This document shows positions 30,338 through 32,000 of a stretch of DNA of 32,000 nucleotides, piece after piece. Numbering within the stretch: the first letter of the stretch is position 1; every line of letters starts with the position of its first letter. The notes below the pieces were generated by a model that worked only from the letters and a program-made list of their open reading frames with translations, was not told where the DNA came from and did no database searches. The stretch lies in contig NZ_CP007536.1 of NCBI RefSeq assembly GCF_000698785.1, forward strand, positions 2,010,001-2,042,000, written 5' to 3'. Made by a program: the position numbers and the translations under genes. This DNA is from Nitrososphaera viennensis EN76 (lineage in GTDB: Archaea > Thermoproteota > Nitrososphaeria > Nitrososphaerales > Nitrososphaeraceae).

Positions 30338-31981
30338 TTATTCCATTCCCATGCCGCCCATTCCGCCCATGCCGCCACCCATACCTCCACCGCCCGGCGG
30401 CATTGCTGGCATCTTGGACTTGCTTGCGGCAATCACGTCGTCGATCCTGAGGATCATCGACGCGACCTCTGTTGCAGACTTGATTATCTGCTGCTTTACT
30501 ACCAGTGGCTCCAGCACGTTCTGCTTGTACATGTCGGCGACCACGGTGTTCCTTGCGTCGACTCCTGTCCATTTGCTTCCCTTGCTCTGCTTGGCGCGAA
30601 GTTCCGTCATTGTGTCTATCGGGTCCATGCCGGCGTTCTCGGCCAGGTTGAGCGGGATCGCGTCAAGGGCGTCTGCAAACTTCTGCACTGCAAGCTGGGC
30701 GCGGCCTTCCTGGCTTGAAGACCACTGGCGCAGCTCGTTTGCGATGTAGGCTTCCGGGGCACCTCCGCCTGCCACGATGGCCGGCTTTTCAAGGACGTCC
30801 TTCATGACCATGAGAGCGTCATGCAATGATCTATCTGCTTCGTCCACGACCCTCTGCGAGCCTCCGCGGATGAGGATGGTGACTGCCTTGGGGTTCTTGC
30901 ACCCTTCGATGAACACCCACTTGTCCGTCTCTACCTTGCGCTCCTCCACAAGCTCGGCAGAGCCAAGGTCCTTTGACGTCAGGTCGTCAAGGTTGTTGAC
31001 GATCCTTGCGCCTGTCGCGCGGGACATTTTCGTCATGTCGCTTTCCTTGACCCTGCGCACCGCAAGCACTCCTGCCTTTGCAAGGTAGTGCTGGGCGATG
31101 TCGTCAATGCCTTTCTGGCAGAGCACGACGTTTGCGCCGGAGCTCTTGACCTTGTCAACCATCGCCTTTAGCATCCTGTTCTCCTCTTCGAGGAACATCT
31201 GCATCTGGTGCGGGTCGGAGATGCGTATCTCTGCGCTCATCTCTGTCTTTTCGATTTCAAGGGCCGAGTTGACGAGCGCAATCTTGGCTCCCTCTATGCG
31301 CTTTGGCATGCCTGCGTGCACGACTTCCTTGTCAAGGACTATGCCCTTGATGAGTTTCGTGTCGCGCATCGAGCCTCCTGCCTTCTTTTCCACCTTGATG
31401 TTGTCAAGGTCGACTCTCAGGCTGCCGTTTTCTGCCTTCTCTGCGACCTGCTTTGCCGCGTCGGCCACTATCGCCCCAAGGAGCGGGCTGTCGTCGGACA
31501 CAAGCTTTGAGTCCATGCTGGTCCTTGCAATCTTTAGGAGCATGTCCTTGTCAGAGATGTCTACCTGCACTGCCATCTTTTCCAAAAGCTTTAGCGCCTG
31601 TTCTGCTGCCGCGTTGTAGCCATCTACGATTACGGACGGGTGCACGTCCTTGTTCAGGAGGTCCTCTGCCTTTTCAAGCAGTGCGCCGGCAAACACCACC
31701 GAAGACGTGGTGCCGTCGCCGACCTCGTTGTCGACCGACTTGGCAACTTCGACCATCATCTTGGCCGCCGGATGCTGCACGTCTATTTCCTTCAAGATGG
31801 TGGCGCCGTCGTTTGTTATGGTCACGTCGCCAAGGTTGTCCACCAGCATCTTGTCCATGCCGCGCGGGCCAAGGCTCGTCTTCACTATCTCTGCGATCAG
31901 CTTTGCCGCTGTCAGGTTGTTCTTCTGCGCTTCGCGTCCCTTGCTTTCCTTAGTCCCTTCCTTCAGGATTAAGACTGGCAT
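30338..31981 (-). CDS. ths: Thermosome subunit (group II chaperonin)
   Basis: LGPRGMDKMLVD, ITNDGATILKEIDVQHPAAKMMVE, VAGGGAPE, and a C-terminal GGM repeat tail. Confidence 0.97.
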   Translation of the reverse strand: MPVLILKEGTKESKGREAQKNNLTAAKLIAEIVKTSLGPRGMDKMLVDNLGDVTITNDGATILKEIDVQHPAAKMMVEVAKSVDNEVGDGTTSSVVFAGALLEKAEDLLNKDVHPSVIVDGYNAAAEQALKLLEKMAVQVDISDKDMLLKIARTSMDSKLVSDDSPLLGAIVADAAKQVAEKAENGSLRVDLDNIKVEKKAGGSMRDTKLIKGIVLDKEVVHAGMPKRIEGAKIALVNSALEIEKTEMSAEIRISDPHQMQMFLEEENRMLKAMVDKVKSSGANVVLCQKGIDDIAQHYLAKAGVLAVRRVKESDMTKMSRATGARIVNNLDDLTSKDLGSAELVEERKVETDKWVFIEGCKNPKAVTILIRGGSQRVVDEADRSLHDALMVMKDVLEKPAIVAGGGAPEAYIANELRQWSSSQEGRAQLAVQKFADALDAIPLNLAENAGMDPIDTMTELRAKQSKGSKWTGVDARNTVVADMYKQNVLEPLVVKQQIIKSATEVASMILRIDDVIAASKSKMPAMPPGGGGMGGGMGGMGGMGME

Positions 31982-32000
31982 ACCGCCAGGCGTTGTTTGA

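Noticed and set aside
30338-30420. Short nucleotide periodicity (ggcatgggcgg-type repeats) at the 3' end of the thermosome gene
   Set aside because: It is explained by the coding of the well-known C-terminal GGM repeat tail of group II chaperonins and is not an independent repeat element.

Overview
This is a 32-kb archaeal chromosome segment. It looks most like a Nitrososphaera-type thaumarchaeon. That call is inferred only from gene content: thermosome, aIF2-beta, an interrupted tRNA, a type-1 copper protein and a bacterial-type GrpE-DnaK-DnaJ operon. No database search was possible. (i) 1-8.7 kb is a tightly packed exopolysaccharide locus. It is built from a tandemly duplicated four-gene cassette: short nucleotide-sugar dehydrogenase, NodB-like domain protein, NodC/hyaluronan-synthase-like GT2, and a small C2H2 zinc-finger protein. 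Copy 2 continues into a 559-aa exported protein and a 99-aa hexapeptide-repeat protein. The zinc-finger gene of copy 1 (57 aa) is below the ORF-track cutoff. (ii) 8.7-15.6 kb is a housekeeping and proteostasis block: aIF2-beta, a small zinc-finger protein plus a hypothetical, thioredoxin, grpE-dnaK-dnaJ, hsp20 and an interrupted tRNA-Leu. It is bracketed by a ~64-nt inverted repeat pair. (iii) 15.6-21.7 kb is an accessory stretch that starts just after the tRNA (the right inverted-repeat copy fills the ~75-nt gap) with a 5'-truncated, multiply frameshifted Cas1/casposase-family remnant. It then carries a luciferase-like oxidoreductase, a 128-bp MITE-like element, dispersed short repeats, a membrane protein, a bacterial-type zinc peptidase, a frameshifted ORF and a classical C2H2 finger protein. 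(iv) 21.9-32 kb holds two overlapping Cys-rich mini-proteins downstream of a phosphosulfolactate-synthase::winged-helix fusion. That fusion is divergent from a sulfonate/nitrate/taurine-type ABC transporter. The rest is a dienelactone hydrolase, a cupredoxin, MazG-like and unknown small genes, a PfkB kinase and a thermosome subunit. Many long antisense ORFs in the track are GC-driven artefacts. Function calls rest on motifs I could read by eye. Start codons are often uncertain, and GTG/TTG starts are common.
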